Positions 35,201 to 42,928 of a stretch of DNA of 42,928 nucleotides are shown piece by piece. The stretch is from Sphingobacteriales bacterium. GTDB taxonomy: Bacteria; Bacteroidota; Bacteroidia; Chitinophagales; Saprospiraceae. The position numbers were made by a program, and so were the translations under genes. Each line of letters opens with the position of its first letter. Position 1 is the first letter of the stretch. Where the stretch lies: contig OMKD01000127.1 of assembly GCA_900299495.1 (NCBI GenBank), positions 1 to 42,928 of the forward strand, written 5' to 3'. The notes beneath the pieces were generated by a model, which did not search any database, was not told the DNA's origin, and saw nothing but the letters and a program-made list of their open reading frames with translations.

Positions 35201-38200
35201 TTGTCAGCAGCTTTAAGCTATAGCACTTGGGACTTATCATATTTTATACCAGACTTAGGGATTTCGAATACAGTTATTGATGATATCAGTCAAGCGTACT
35301 CCACAATATTTAATGCAGGAGAAAATACCGTGTTTTACACTGCTACAGACGCTTATGGAAACGCAGACACCTGTTCATATCTGATTGAAGTTACAGATAC
35401 TATCAATCCTGTAATGAACTGTGTTCCTTTTACGAATATATCATTTAATAGTCTTGATCTTGTACCAATGCCCCTGGATGTAAGTCCGTTTGACAATGGT
35501 AGTTTTGATAATTGTGCTTTGAGTACTTTGCATATATCGCCAGCAGAGATAAATTGTTCAGATGCAAGCAATGGCTCGGTAATAATTACTTTGACAGGAA
35601 CAGATGAATCTGGAAATACGGCATCATGTACTAGTGAACTTGTGATTCAGGAAACACCATTGGATCCGGTATATGCCGCAATATGTGATGGAGATACCCT
35701 GTTAAACGTAGTTAATGTCTGTTTAGGGGATAGTTTGTTCTTAATGTCAAATGTATCAGGACCAAATACAAATCTTTTGAGTTTTGAGTGGATTAATCCC
35801 ATTGGTGAGACAATAGCAATAGGTACAAATCCAGCGATTCCAATTACGGACGGAGTGGATTATAATGGGGTTTATTCCTTAGTGGTGACAGGACCAAATT
35901 CCTGTACAAAGACTTCCACGTTTAGCGTAAGTGTTTCTGATTTGGAAATCCCTGAGATTCAAGCTTCAATTACCGGATTAATTTGTGAAGGAGCTAATAT
36001 AGATCTAAGTGTTTTAAATTATGCAGGAGTTTCAGATGTGACCTATGTATGGTACGAGGGAGATGAAATAGGATTAGGTGATTCTATTTCAACGACTAGT
36101 TCACCAACCTTGAATTTAGGAGATGAATTAGAACCAGGGGAGCATTGCTACTATGTTAAGGTTTTTACAGACTGTTGCTCAGAGATTTCCATGTTTACCT
36201 ATTGCCTGGAAATTGTTAGCCAACCCCTTGTAACCTTGCAGGATGAGCTTATCCAACTTTGTGAATTTGATGATCTTGAATTGGCAGTTGTACAAACGAG
36301 TAACAACCCCAATTGGGTATATGAATGGACAGGACCAGGTATTCCTTCAGGAACTACTGGAGCATCTGTTACGATTGAAGATTATAGTCCAAATACGGCG
36401 GGTATTATCACGATAGTATTACAGGTGTATGATGAAAACCTTACTTCTTGTGCCATTACTCCATTAGAGTTATCTGTAGATTTACTTGAGAAACCTGCAA
36501 CACCAATTTTAAATATAGACAATACTTTAGTCTGCGAAGGTGCTGAGATAGGCTTTGAGATAAGTGGGGACTTGACGGGAGTAACTTCATTTGAGATTAT
36601 CGGAGATAATACTAATCTTTTTGTATCAGCAGACGAGATCTATACATTGAATCCTGTAGAATTATCGGATGCGGGCAATTATTTTGCAGTGTCAATAGGG
36701 AATGGATGTCAGTCAGATCCATCAAATGCTATAGGTTTAACTATAAATCCGGATCCAGTAGCTGAAATCATATCAGCTGATGAAATTTGTTCTTCACAGA
36801 ATACCTATGACTTGGAGGCTAGTCTACAGCCGGGACTAAATTACACATGGGCGCTGCCCGACGGGACAGAGGAGAATGGATTTACTGTTCCAATAACTAA
36901 TCCTGTTTCAGGGGATTACATTCTTGAGGTCAATAGTGGCTTTCCTGGTTGTATAAACTATGATACTTTGGGGTTAGTTATTAATGAGAATCCTGAAGTA
37001 TTAGTTATAAATGATAATGTACCCGATTGTTATCCAGGACCTAATTTTGAACTTATTGTATCTTACGAAAGTGATCCATCAGATAATTTAGATCAGGAAT
37101 GGAGTTTTGACGATTTGACTAGTTCAGACCCTGAACTAATTATTCAAAATCCGGGGGAAGAATATACCGGTGTATATACTTTAGAATTAATAGATCCTTC
37201 GACAAATTGTAGAGATACAATGTCTGTTTTTCTTGAGATACCCTTAGAATTAGAGATTCCTAATGCTCCATTTACTCAGGTTGAAGATTATGTATTCTGT
37301 GAGGGGGATACGGTACTTTTTCAAACAAATAATTTTATAAATATTTCCCAATACAACTGGAATTTTGGGGAAGGAGAACTTGTGTTGAATACGGCACAGC
37401 TTAATCTGCAGCTTATAGATATCAGTAATTTTGATTTTGGTACGGTAAAAGTTCAGTACGTTACTGATGAAGGTTGTGTATCAGGATTTTCTGCTTTAAG
37501 GGAATATGAGGTTATTTATTTGCCTGAACTTGAGGTTGATTATGAGAATTCAGTTTGTGCTAATTCTGCTATAGAATTATCTATGATAAATTGTTTTAAT
37601 TTTCCTTCTTCTGGTGTTTTAAGCTGGGAACTTCCTGATGGTGATATTCAAAATAATACTTGTCAAATATCTGATGTTCAATCTGTTAGTGGTTTGTATT
37701 TCTATATGTATAAGTACGTGCAAGATGGTTGCGAATCTGATATAGATAGTGTTTCGGTATTTGTGAAACCTTTACCTGAATTAGTAGACTTACAAACTCC
37801 ATTTGATTCTATTTGCTTAGCTACGGAACCTATCGATTTATCTCTTGAAAATGCTCAACCAGGAATAGACTATGCTTTATGGGTAAATGATTTAATATTC
37901 AGCGATTTTAACGGATCTCCAGGCCCTACTAATTGGGCTATTCCTATTAATTCATTGCCTCCTATGAGCGAAGAGGTATATTCATTTGAATTATTGGGAT
38001 CTCTTGATGGCTGCTTTACTGAAGACACTTCTTTCTTAGAGATTTCTGTTTTTAGTGAGCCTATAATAAACGCAAATATTGATCCAGAGATATTTAGATA
38101 CTGCGAGAGTCAGGATTCATTTAATTTGATAGCGACAAATGTAATACAAGATGGCCTTTCTGGAATGTGGTCTTCGGTAAACTCAATAGATCCAATATTT

Positions 38201-39379
38201 GTAAATGCACAATCTCCTAATACTAGAGTAACTGGATTAGATTCACGGGAGTATTATGATTTTGTATGGAGTCTTAGCTATGGGGCCTGTGAAGATTATA
38301 GTCAGGATACAGTATCTCTTTATATAGCCATTGAGCAGGAGGCGATGACTAGATCGGATATTGATACTTGTTTATTAGAATCGTTGTTTATCACAGCAAA
38401 TCCCTCTGAAAATATAGGAGAACCTGGATATTGGACTCAGCCAAATGGTCAAGATGCTGAATTTGCTTCTCCGAATTCTCATTTTACGAGTGTAGGTATG
38501 TTCGGTAATCAAACGGAGTTAGTGTTCATTTGGGAGTTTCCTGATTATGGATGTGGAGCATCTTCAGATACATTAAATGCCAGACTTTTGAATGATTTTC
38601 CAATGGTTGAGGAGAATTTTGTTTCTGATTGTGGAGATGGCTCGCATATGCTAAATGGGATTGAGCCTATGGATTATGTTGGCTTGTGGAGTTCTCCGGA
38701 TCCTAATATTGTCTTTGACAATGAGAATCTACACAACACTACTGCACATAACATGGTGGAAGGACAGAATATCTTTTATTATGAATTTCTAAATGGTATT
38801 TGCGGGGAGGCGTACAGGGAAGAACTTATTGTTGACTATACATTTACTCCTACAGCTGTCGATGATAATGTATTTCTAGAGTTTGCTGGTACTAATGTAT
38901 TGATTGATGTTCTGGTAAACGATTTTAATGCAGATACGGACTTGGATGAGCTTGTTATTGTCACAGAGCCAAAACATGGTGTGGTGATTCTTGAGCAGAA
39001 TACTTTTCGTTATTTCTCTGATCAAAATCATGTTGGGCTAGATTCATTCAAATACGAGATGATTAGTAAACAATGTGGGAATAGCAGTATAGGAACCGTT
39101 CGCATAAACATTGGAGAAAACTCAGAGTGTGATTTTATTCCTAATATTATTACACCGAATGATGACGGATTTAATGATGAATTTATCATTCCATGTTTAC
39201 CTAATTTTCCAGAAAATACAGTTCAGATATTTAATATATGGGGAGATAAGGTGTTCGAGGCTGAAGGTTATGAAAATGATTGGAAGGCCGATTTGTTGCC
39301 AACTGGGACCTATTATTACGTAGTCAGATTTTCTCCTGATTCAGAGGAGGTCATTGGTTTTTTACATATTCAACGATAA
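32285..39379 (+). CDS. giant (~2360 aa) cell-surface repeat protein: HYR-like and Ig-like repeats, a cadherin-like module, and a type-B T9SS (gliding motility-associated) C-terminal domain
   Basis: Signal peptide MSVQNRFLLVLLLLVSMTFNSLKAQ. At least 10 HYR-like units carry the pattern xDxCxN ... C ... I.V.D...P. The second half has Cys-framed Ig-like units (CEGA.I.L, CEGDTVLF). A cadherin-like block follows (VDDNVFLEFAGTNVLIDVLVND). The last 84 aa (39125-39376) are IPNIITPNDDGFNDEFII...IFNIWGDKVFE...LPTGTYYYVV, matching the Bac_Flav_CTERM (TIGR04131) pattern. A TTG at 32276 is an alternative start. Confidence 0.92.
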   Translation: MSVQNRFLLVLLLLVSMTFNSLKAQFSIEYMGFTEFYLDSNCSDIFDLGGVLPTVSSTVPGAVITVDSLDTGLTGYALNDIIIGQDTIDVYFRYEDDQNNDSLFVFQVFFLDTIPPVLQLERDTVYLLCENELPELSSYIVEDNCDVAGGTVLIYDPLQTLPEYNCGTAQIEVTSYIYAVDFYGNQDTLIQTVFMGTDTVAPTAIVPNDTIINCIDDLDALLAIGLTDSYDNCGSSNFSIDTSSQITSGSCSNDLTYKRYWTLIDSCGNVTVDSQMITIVDDLPPVFNSPLDTLVNCGTDMDPSSLGSPSTIFDECSGVFEVQYQDVFDTLNCPDLYLLTRIWTVSDSCQNIALDTQHIQIIDTLAPLFTDPLIDSIYLQCNQLDSLDAIVGPFDLTDECTGFNTDTIDLIINQTCTNTYEIERTFFVEDECSNRDSTKVWIFVTDSIAPIITTAGSDLTVSCTSGVNLDSIFQAWINNHAGATAADACSQAQDLTWAVFNSGTSNPAILDAFSCDITAGVLLDQSIDFVVEDECGNQRLFTRNFILTDTEEPIITFCGEDIVEIAEPGICGATVNLPAPFAMDECQSRDTIINVSQLENLLSNGDPQSILFDLAFSIAVPNTSVSPTSDITLEILLENVDAEGPEEFMTILGEDGTQLGITAAADMQCGTSLTQLTIPMLQYIDWAIDGTIQITLQPNIPANLIDGINPICPVQPTASISLNYNATFSEDLSYSFSLNNMDYELIDASGIGSAFFEVGMHTVSFRVEDCVANVTTCTNTIEIIDTEAPTLSCAPNKEVFLPADSCQIETVLDLPLNIEDNCSPGILNIVSSDNQFIPYTLNSNLGVYVADTVLISFEGISSNQTGTANLQINLLGDVDQAGEYFTVMTTDGSIIGTTEIGGTNVTSGSCSEASFIELPIDENIIQSNLSGGILTLQLISNNPFIPGSDANGINPCDSLLLINGVQIDSVSELSAALSYSTWDLSYFIPDLGISNTVIDDISQAYSTIFNAGENTVFYTATDAYGNADTCSYLIEVTDTINPVMNCVPFTNISFNSLDLVPMPLDVSPFDNGSFDNCALSTLHISPAEINCSDASNGSVIITLTGTDESGNTASCTSELVIQETPLDPVYAAICDGDTLLNVVNVCLGDSLFLMSNVSGPNTNLLSFEWINPIGETIAIGTNPAIPITDGVDYNGVYSLVVTGPNSCTKTSTFSVSVSDLEIPEIQASITGLICEGANIDLSVLNYAGVSDVTYVWYEGDEIGLGDSISTTSSPTLNLGDELEPGEHCYYVKVFTDCCSEISMFTYCLEIVSQPLVTLQDELIQLCEFDDLELAVVQTSNNPNWVYEWTGPGIPSGTTGASVTIEDYSPNTAGIITIVLQVYDENLTSCAITPLELSVDLLEKPATPILNIDNTLVCEGAEIGFEISGDLTGVTSFEIIGDNTNLFVSADEIYTLNPVELSDAGNYFAVSIGNGCQSDPSNAIGLTINPDPVAEIISADEICSSQNTYDLEASLQPGLNYTWALPDGTEENGFTVPITNPVSGDYILEVNSGFPGCINYDTLGLVINENPEVLVINDNVPDCYPGPNFELIVSYESDPSDNLDQEWSFDDLTSSDPELIIQNPGEEYTGVYTLELIDPSTNCRDTMSVFLEIPLELEIPNAPFTQVEDYVFCEGDTVLFQTNNFINISQYNWNFGEGELVLNTAQLNLQLIDISNFDFGTVKVQYVTDEGCVSGFSALREYEVIYLPELEVDYENSVCANSAIELSMINCFNFPSSGVLSWELPDGDIQNNTCQISDVQSVSGLYFYMYKYVQDGCESDIDSVSVFVKPLPELVDLQTPFDSICLATEPIDLSLENAQPGIDYALWVNDLIFSDFNGSPGPTNWAIPINSLPPMSEEVYSFELLGSLDGCFTEDTSFLEISVFSEPIINANIDPEIFRYCESQDSFNLIATNVIQDGLSGMWSSVNSIDPIFVNAQSPNTRVTGLDSREYYDFVWSLSYGACEDYSQDTVSLYIAIEQEAMTRSDIDTCLLESLFITANPSENIGEPGYWTQPNGQDAEFASPNSHFTSVGMFGNQTELVFIWEFPDYGCGASSDTLNARLLNDFPMVEENFVSDCGDGSHMLNGIEPMDYVGLWSSPDPNIVFDNENLHNTTAHNMVEGQNIFYYEFLNGICGEAYREELIVDYTFTPTAVDDNVFLEFAGTNVLIDVLVNDFNADTDLDELVIVTEPKHGVVILEQNTFRYFSDQNHVGLDSFKYEMISKQCGNSSIGTVRINIGENSECDFIPNIITPNDDGFNDEFIIPCLPNFPENTVQIFNIWGDKVFEAEGYENDWKADLLPTGTYYYVVRFSPDSEEVIGFLHIQR
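34045..34423 (+). repeat. copy 1 of an unassigned ~130-aa module inserted between HYR units of the giant protein
   Basis: ...ITLEILLENVDAEGPEEFMTILGEDGTQLGITAA..C......LTIP.....DWAIDGTIQITLQPN....LIDGINPICP. It aligns by eye with copy 2. Confidence 0.5.
34751..35165 (+). repeat. copy 2 of the unassigned ~130-aa module
   Basis: ...ANLQINLLGDVDQAGEYFTVMTTDGSIIGTTE....C......IELP.....SNLSGGILTLQLISN....DANGINPCD. Confidence 0.5.
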
Positions 39380-39390
39380 AGTAAGAGCAT

Positions 39391-40341
39391 ATGAAGAAGA
39401 TATTAACAGCAATTTATTGCCTGATCTGCTTAGGGGCTTTTGCTCAGCAGGAGTCCTTGACATCAAATTTTATGATGAACAAGTTGTATTACAACCCTGG
39501 GTTTGTAGTTGAAGAGAAATCACCAGTTGTAGTCGCTCAGGTGCGTGCTCAGTGGTTGGGGGTAGATGGTGCACCCAATATGCAAAAAGTCAGTTTTTCT
39601 ATGCCCTTCCTGAATAATCGAGTAGGCGGAGGATTGACGATCAGTAACTTTAAAGCGGGAATCACATCTGAACAAACGGTTAGTGCTATATATGGATATC
39701 GCCTTCGATTCGGGAGAGGTAGTTCAATGCTTATGGGTCTTAACCTGGATCTCAATTCGTATGGAGTGGATTATTCTGATGAGCGATTAGTTTCTATACA
39801 TCCTTTGGGTGAAGATCTTAGTATCCCTGGAGGATTTCAAAATAAATTTTTGTTCAACGTAGGTCTTGGAGCATATTTTAGTGCAGAGAATTTTTATATG
39901 GGCTTTTCTGTTCCGGGTATGATTGAAGAAAATATAGAGTTTATACCAGAGGAATCAGGGCTTAGCCAGGGAGTAAGACACTTTTACTTTATGGGAGGTG
40001 CAAATTTCGATCTGAAAAAAGGAAGTTCTCTTCAACCAAATCTATTGGTGCGTTATGTTTCAGAAGCTTATTTGAATCTGGAGCTCAACTTAATGTACAA
40101 TATTGAGGACAAATTATATTTAGGAGCTACTTATAGAAATGGAGGACTCAATTTTGGACTTATAGAGTCGGCAAATATCATCATTGGTACTTACTTGTCT
40201 CCTAAGACGATGTTAGCAGTAAGCTATGATATCACCTTGAGTTCAATAAGTAATTATAGTGCGGGATCTTTTGAACTTATGATTAAATACAGAGCATTGA
40301 AAAAAGAGAGTAAACGAATCGGAAATCCTCGATTCATGTAA
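39391..40341 (+). CDS. PorP/SprF-family type IX secretion system membrane protein
   Basis: Starts 11 nt after the giant gene. The signal peptide is followed by QQESLTSNFMMNKLYYNPGF. RAQWLGVDGAPN and NRVGGGL blocks are typical of TIGR03519/PorP_SprF. 316 aa. Confidence 0.9.
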   Translation: MKKILTAIYCLICLGAFAQQESLTSNFMMNKLYYNPGFVVEEKSPVVVAQVRAQWLGVDGAPNMQKVSFSMPFLNNRVGGGLTISNFKAGITSEQTVSAIYGYRLRFGRGSSMLMGLNLDLNSYGVDYSDERLVSIHPLGEDLSIPGGFQNKFLFNVGLGAYFSAENFYMGFSVPGMIEENIEFIPEESGLSQGVRHFYFMGGANFDLKKGSSLQPNLLVRYVSEAYLNLELNLMYNIEDKLYLGATYRNGGLNFGLIESANIIIGTYLSPKTMLAVSYDITLSSISNYSAGSFELMIKYRALKKESKRIGNPRFM

Positions 40342-40461
40342 GTCTAATCGTTAATTCTATATAAAATTTTTAGTTTTTTGTATTTCAAAGAGACTTAGTT
40401 GCGTTATATAAAATTATATATAAGTATATTAAACAACTTCTGAAGTTCAAAATCAAACTAA

Positions 40462-42531
40462 ATGACAAAGTCTTACATTGTTCTAAGATTTTCAGGATGT
40501 CTTTTCTTTTTATTATTCATGAGCCTGAATGTTTTTGCTCAGGAAAATAAAGTGAAATCCAAGACATCCGATGATAAATATGACAAACCTAGCCATTGGA
40601 ATCAGGTACGTATAGATAATGCATCCGCTATTAATTCTGAGCGTTTTGATTTCTCTCCTTCTTTTTATAAAAATGGTATCGTCTTTGTTTCTTCGAGAAA
40701 GAAATGGGGAGATGTTGATAAGTCAATCAATGAAACCTTTTTTGACCTATATTACAGTGATTTGGATGGAAGCAACCTGCCAACAGAGCCTACAAACTTT
40801 TCGAGGACAATAAATTCGGATCTCCATGAGGGTCCTTGCTCTTTTAATTTGAATGGTGATGTGATGTTCTTCACTCGGAATAACTATATAGATGGGGTAC
40901 AGGCAACAGATGCATCTGGGAAAGTAGGTACTAAGATTTACAGAGCAACTAAGGGGGAATATGATTGGGAAAATATTGAAGAATTGCCTTTCAATTCTAA
41001 TGAATATTCCTGTCAACACCCAAGTTTGTCTAAGGACGGTAAGCGATTATATTTTTCCTCAAATATGCCTGGAGGTAAAGGTGGTTATGATCTTTACTTT
41101 GTCGAATGGACTCGAAATGGCTGGTCTGATCCTGTCAATTTAGGCCCAGAGGTGAATAGCAAATTCAATGAAGCATTTCCTTTTGCGCATGATTCAGGCT
41201 TTTTGTTTTATGCCTCTGATAACAAGAAAAGTCTTGGGGGACTCGACATGTTCATGATTGATTTAAATGAGACTGGCAAATGGAAATCAGTAGCATTAGG
41301 TACACCATTCAATTCGCCAGAGGATGATTTTGGCCTGTTAGTTAGTGAAACAGGAGATTTTGGATTCTTTTCTTCAAATCGAAATTCGAGTATGGGTAAA
41401 GATGATATATATCGATTTGCTTTTGAAGGAGGTATTCCTTTTATAAAAGAAAAGGCTAAAAGTCCGTCAATGGTCTTTGTTTTCGATATGGAGGATCAGT
41501 CTTTGATAGAGGATGCTGAAGTGCGTTTTTTCGCTTTGAAATCAGACGGAGGATTTGAAAATCCGGATGTATATGAGGTTGCTTTAGATAATTCAAGTGG
41601 TGAAAAGTTGAATTTTGAGCTGCTTAAAAAGGAATTATACACCATTGGGAAGCCGAATGAAATTACTAATGAGGATGGTAAAGCATTTTTACCACTCCTG
41701 AATAGTAAAGACTATATATTAAGTGTAGCAGCAAGGGGGTATGATCCTGTTGAAATCCCAATTGAAAATGTATTTATTCGATCTGATGTACAGCAAGAAA
41801 TTGTAGTGCCCATGCGAAAGTCAGAGTGTATTCCAGTGGCAGCCTATGTGAAAGATAAAAACAGTGGAGCGGTTTTGGAAGGTATACAAATTGAAGTTTT
41901 GGATGAGACAGAACGCACAAGAAAGATCGTATATTCAGATGCTGAAGGTCGTGTGGAACTATGTTTTAGAAAACAGTATAAGTATAGCTTAAAGACACTT
42001 CCTTCAGATTACGAAACTCAGGAAATTTCTCTTCCTGCTTTTGGTTCAGATGAATCGCAAATCAAAGATTTAGATTTAACAATTGAGTTAGAACCTGCAA
42101 GCAATGAATTGCTCTCAGAGCCACTAAAAGAGGGGGTTACTATCGTTTTAGAGAATATATACTACGATTTTGATAAATCAGCAATTCGTACTGGTGACGC
42201 TTTAGAACTAGATGCATTGGCAAGTATATTGAATGCGCACCCAAGTATCGAAATCGATCTGGTTGCTCATACAGACTCAAGAGGAAAAAAGGCATATAAT
42301 CTTCATTTGTCTGAAGAGCGTGCTGCTTCTGCAAAGGTATATCTTGTTGCTAAAGGTGTAGATGAGTCAAGAATTATAGCAATAGGAAAGGGAGAAGAAG
42401 AATTGAGAAATGCATGTTCAGACGGGCAAAATTGCTCTGATACGGATCATCAGTATAATAGACGTACTGAAGTAATAATTCGCAAAATTAGTGAGGATTC
42501 AACACTTCGGTTCGTAAATGAGCAGAAGTAA
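40462..42531 (+). CDS. OmpA-family peptidoglycan-associated protein with an N-terminal PD40/TolB-like beta-propeller and CarboxypepD_reg-like domains
   Basis: Signal peptide. Five PD40-like blades are visible (FSPSFYKNGIVFVSSR, CSFNLNGDVMFFTRNN, PSLSKDGKRLYFSSN, FAHDSGFLFYASDN, ETGDFGFFSSNR). The OmpA_C block is IYYDFDKSAIR...LVAHTDSRG...YNLHLSEERAASAKVYL...NRRTEV. Confidence 0.9.
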   Translation: MTKSYIVLRFSGCLFFLLFMSLNVFAQENKVKSKTSDDKYDKPSHWNQVRIDNASAINSERFDFSPSFYKNGIVFVSSRKKWGDVDKSINETFFDLYYSDLDGSNLPTEPTNFSRTINSDLHEGPCSFNLNGDVMFFTRNNYIDGVQATDASGKVGTKIYRATKGEYDWENIEELPFNSNEYSCQHPSLSKDGKRLYFSSNMPGGKGGYDLYFVEWTRNGWSDPVNLGPEVNSKFNEAFPFAHDSGFLFYASDNKKSLGGLDMFMIDLNETGKWKSVALGTPFNSPEDDFGLLVSETGDFGFFSSNRNSSMGKDDIYRFAFEGGIPFIKEKAKSPSMVFVFDMEDQSLIEDAEVRFFALKSDGGFENPDVYEVALDNSSGEKLNFELLKKELYTIGKPNEITNEDGKAFLPLLNSKDYILSVAARGYDPVEIPIENVFIRSDVQQEIVVPMRKSECIPVAAYVKDKNSGAVLEGIQIEVLDETERTRKIVYSDAEGRVELCFRKQYKYSLKTLPSDYETQEISLPAFGSDESQIKDLDLTIELEPASNELLSEPLKEGVTIVLENIYYDFDKSAIRTGDALELDALASILNAHPSIEIDLVAHTDSRGKKAYNLHLSEERAASAKVYLVAKGVDESRIIAIGKGEEELRNACSDGQNCSDTDHQYNRRTEVIIRKISEDSTLRFVNEQK

Positions 42532-42585
42532 TTGAGTTTTTTAAATTCTGTTGGGATAATTGCTTATAAATTAATTTTTATAAAA

Positions 42586-42593
42586 TAAATTTG
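42586..42593 (+). promoter_or_regulatory. candidate -7 box (TAAATTTG) for the gene starting at 42625
   Basis: Exact TAnnTTTG match 31 nt upstream of the ATG. A TTG lies 23 nt further upstream (42560-42562). Confidence 0.35.
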
Positions 42594-42624
42594 CAATTCA
42601 TACCATGAAAAGACTTGACACACT

Positions 42625-42928
42625 ATGCGTTATCTGAATAATCGAATACTAACAGTAGGATTTCTTTATGTCCTATTTTTAATCAACTTACCTAGTGCGA
42701 AAGCAATTTCTCTTGATGTAAATCAGGGGCTTGCTATGGATACTACTGAAATTGATTCTCTTATGTTCATTTGTGAAGACACCTTATTTGCTTTTGGTGA
42801 ATCGTTTACGGAGGAAGGTTTATATGAGATATTTCAGGAAGGTTCTATGGGTATGGATACCTTGATTATACTGGAAGTTCAATTTTCGAATTTAGGTAGC
42901 TTTAGTGTTAGTCCTTCCGACACTACCG
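42625..42928 (+). CDS. secreted hypothetical protein, N-terminal fragment (runs off the window); not in the supplied ORF track
   Basis: My own translation is MRYLNNRILTVGFLYVLFLINLPSAKA|ISLDVNQGLAMDTTEIDSLMFICEDTLFAFGESFTEEGLYEIFQEGSMGMDTLIILEVQFSNLG... It is open to the window end, has a clear signal peptide, and is preceded by a -7-like box. Confidence 0.6.
   Translation, partial: MRYLNNRILTVGFLYVLFLINLPSAKAISLDVNQGLAMDTTEIDSLMFICEDTLFAFGESFTEEGLYEIFQEGSMGMDTLIILEVQFSNLGSFSVSPSDTT

Noticed and set aside
34042-35571. Minus-strand ORFs 34042-34380 (112 aa) and 35353-35571 (72 aa) inside the giant adhesin gene
   Set aside because: They are antisense to a continuous 7.1-kb frame with repeated domain structure. 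Their Ser-rich composition is typical of the reverse frame of Asp/Thr/Glu-rich coding sequence.
40342-40461. AT-only palindromes (for example TTATATAAAATTATATATAA) between the PorP-like and OmpA-like genes
   Set aside because: This is low-complexity A/T sequence in which self-complementarity is trivial. There is no GC-anchored stem or recognisable promoter box.
1-42928. Search for rRNA, tRNA, CRISPR arrays, IS elements, integrases, phage or plasmid genes and long exact repeats
   Set aside because: Nothing convincing was seen by eye. Intergenic regions are short, 285 nt at most, and show no cloverleaf-like GC-rich stems or regularly spaced direct repeats. No ORF has transposase or recombinase motifs. 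A covariance-model scan would be needed to exclude small ncRNAs.

Overview
AT-rich chromosomal segment with clear Bacteroidota hallmarks. These are T9SS C-terminal sorting domains, a PorP/SprF-family barrel, 'FSSC'-type lipoprotein signals, TAnnTTTG -7-like boxes and almost no Shine-Dalgarno sequences. About 37 protein-coding genes fill the window. I found no rRNA, tRNA, CRISPR array, transposase, integrase or phage gene. Most genes are housekeeping: mevalonate diphosphate decarboxylase (5'-truncated), tdk, upp, lipA, dprA, prfA, tsaB, lspA, pdxA, rsmA, gltX, alkaline phosphatase and a sodium:solute symporter. Four regions go beyond routine annotation. (1) 32285-42531 is a 7.1-kb gene for a ~2360-aa HYR/Ig-repeat surface protein with a type-B T9SS C-terminal domain. 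It is followed at 11 nt by a PorP/SprF-like barrel gene and then a PD40-propeller/OmpA-C peptidoglycan-anchor gene; another secreted-protein gene starts at 42625. (2) 15382-22706 is a cell-wall-themed neighbourhood. It holds a membrane-anchored SH3b protein, a 560-aa lipoprotein, a PorP/SprF-like barrel fused to an Ig-like domain plus two SH3b domains, and a translationally coupled pair of a T9SS-exported MurNAc-L-Ala amidase and an SH3b-NlpC/P60 lipoprotein. The fused barrel-SH3b protein mirrors the split barrel + OmpA-C pair of locus 1. I rate this recurring 'large surface protein / PorP-like barrel / peptidoglycan-binding module' pattern as the best candidate for an undescribed envelope system. 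(3) 3583-6797 holds a signal-peptide-less S8 subtilase with a C-terminal SPOR domain, next to an ECF-type sigma factor that has no anti-sigma and a divergent XRE regulator, with repeated palindromes between them. (4) 24647-25721 holds two tandem cysteine-free ArsR-type paralogs with long leaders. All functional calls rest on motif recognition by eye; no searches were run.
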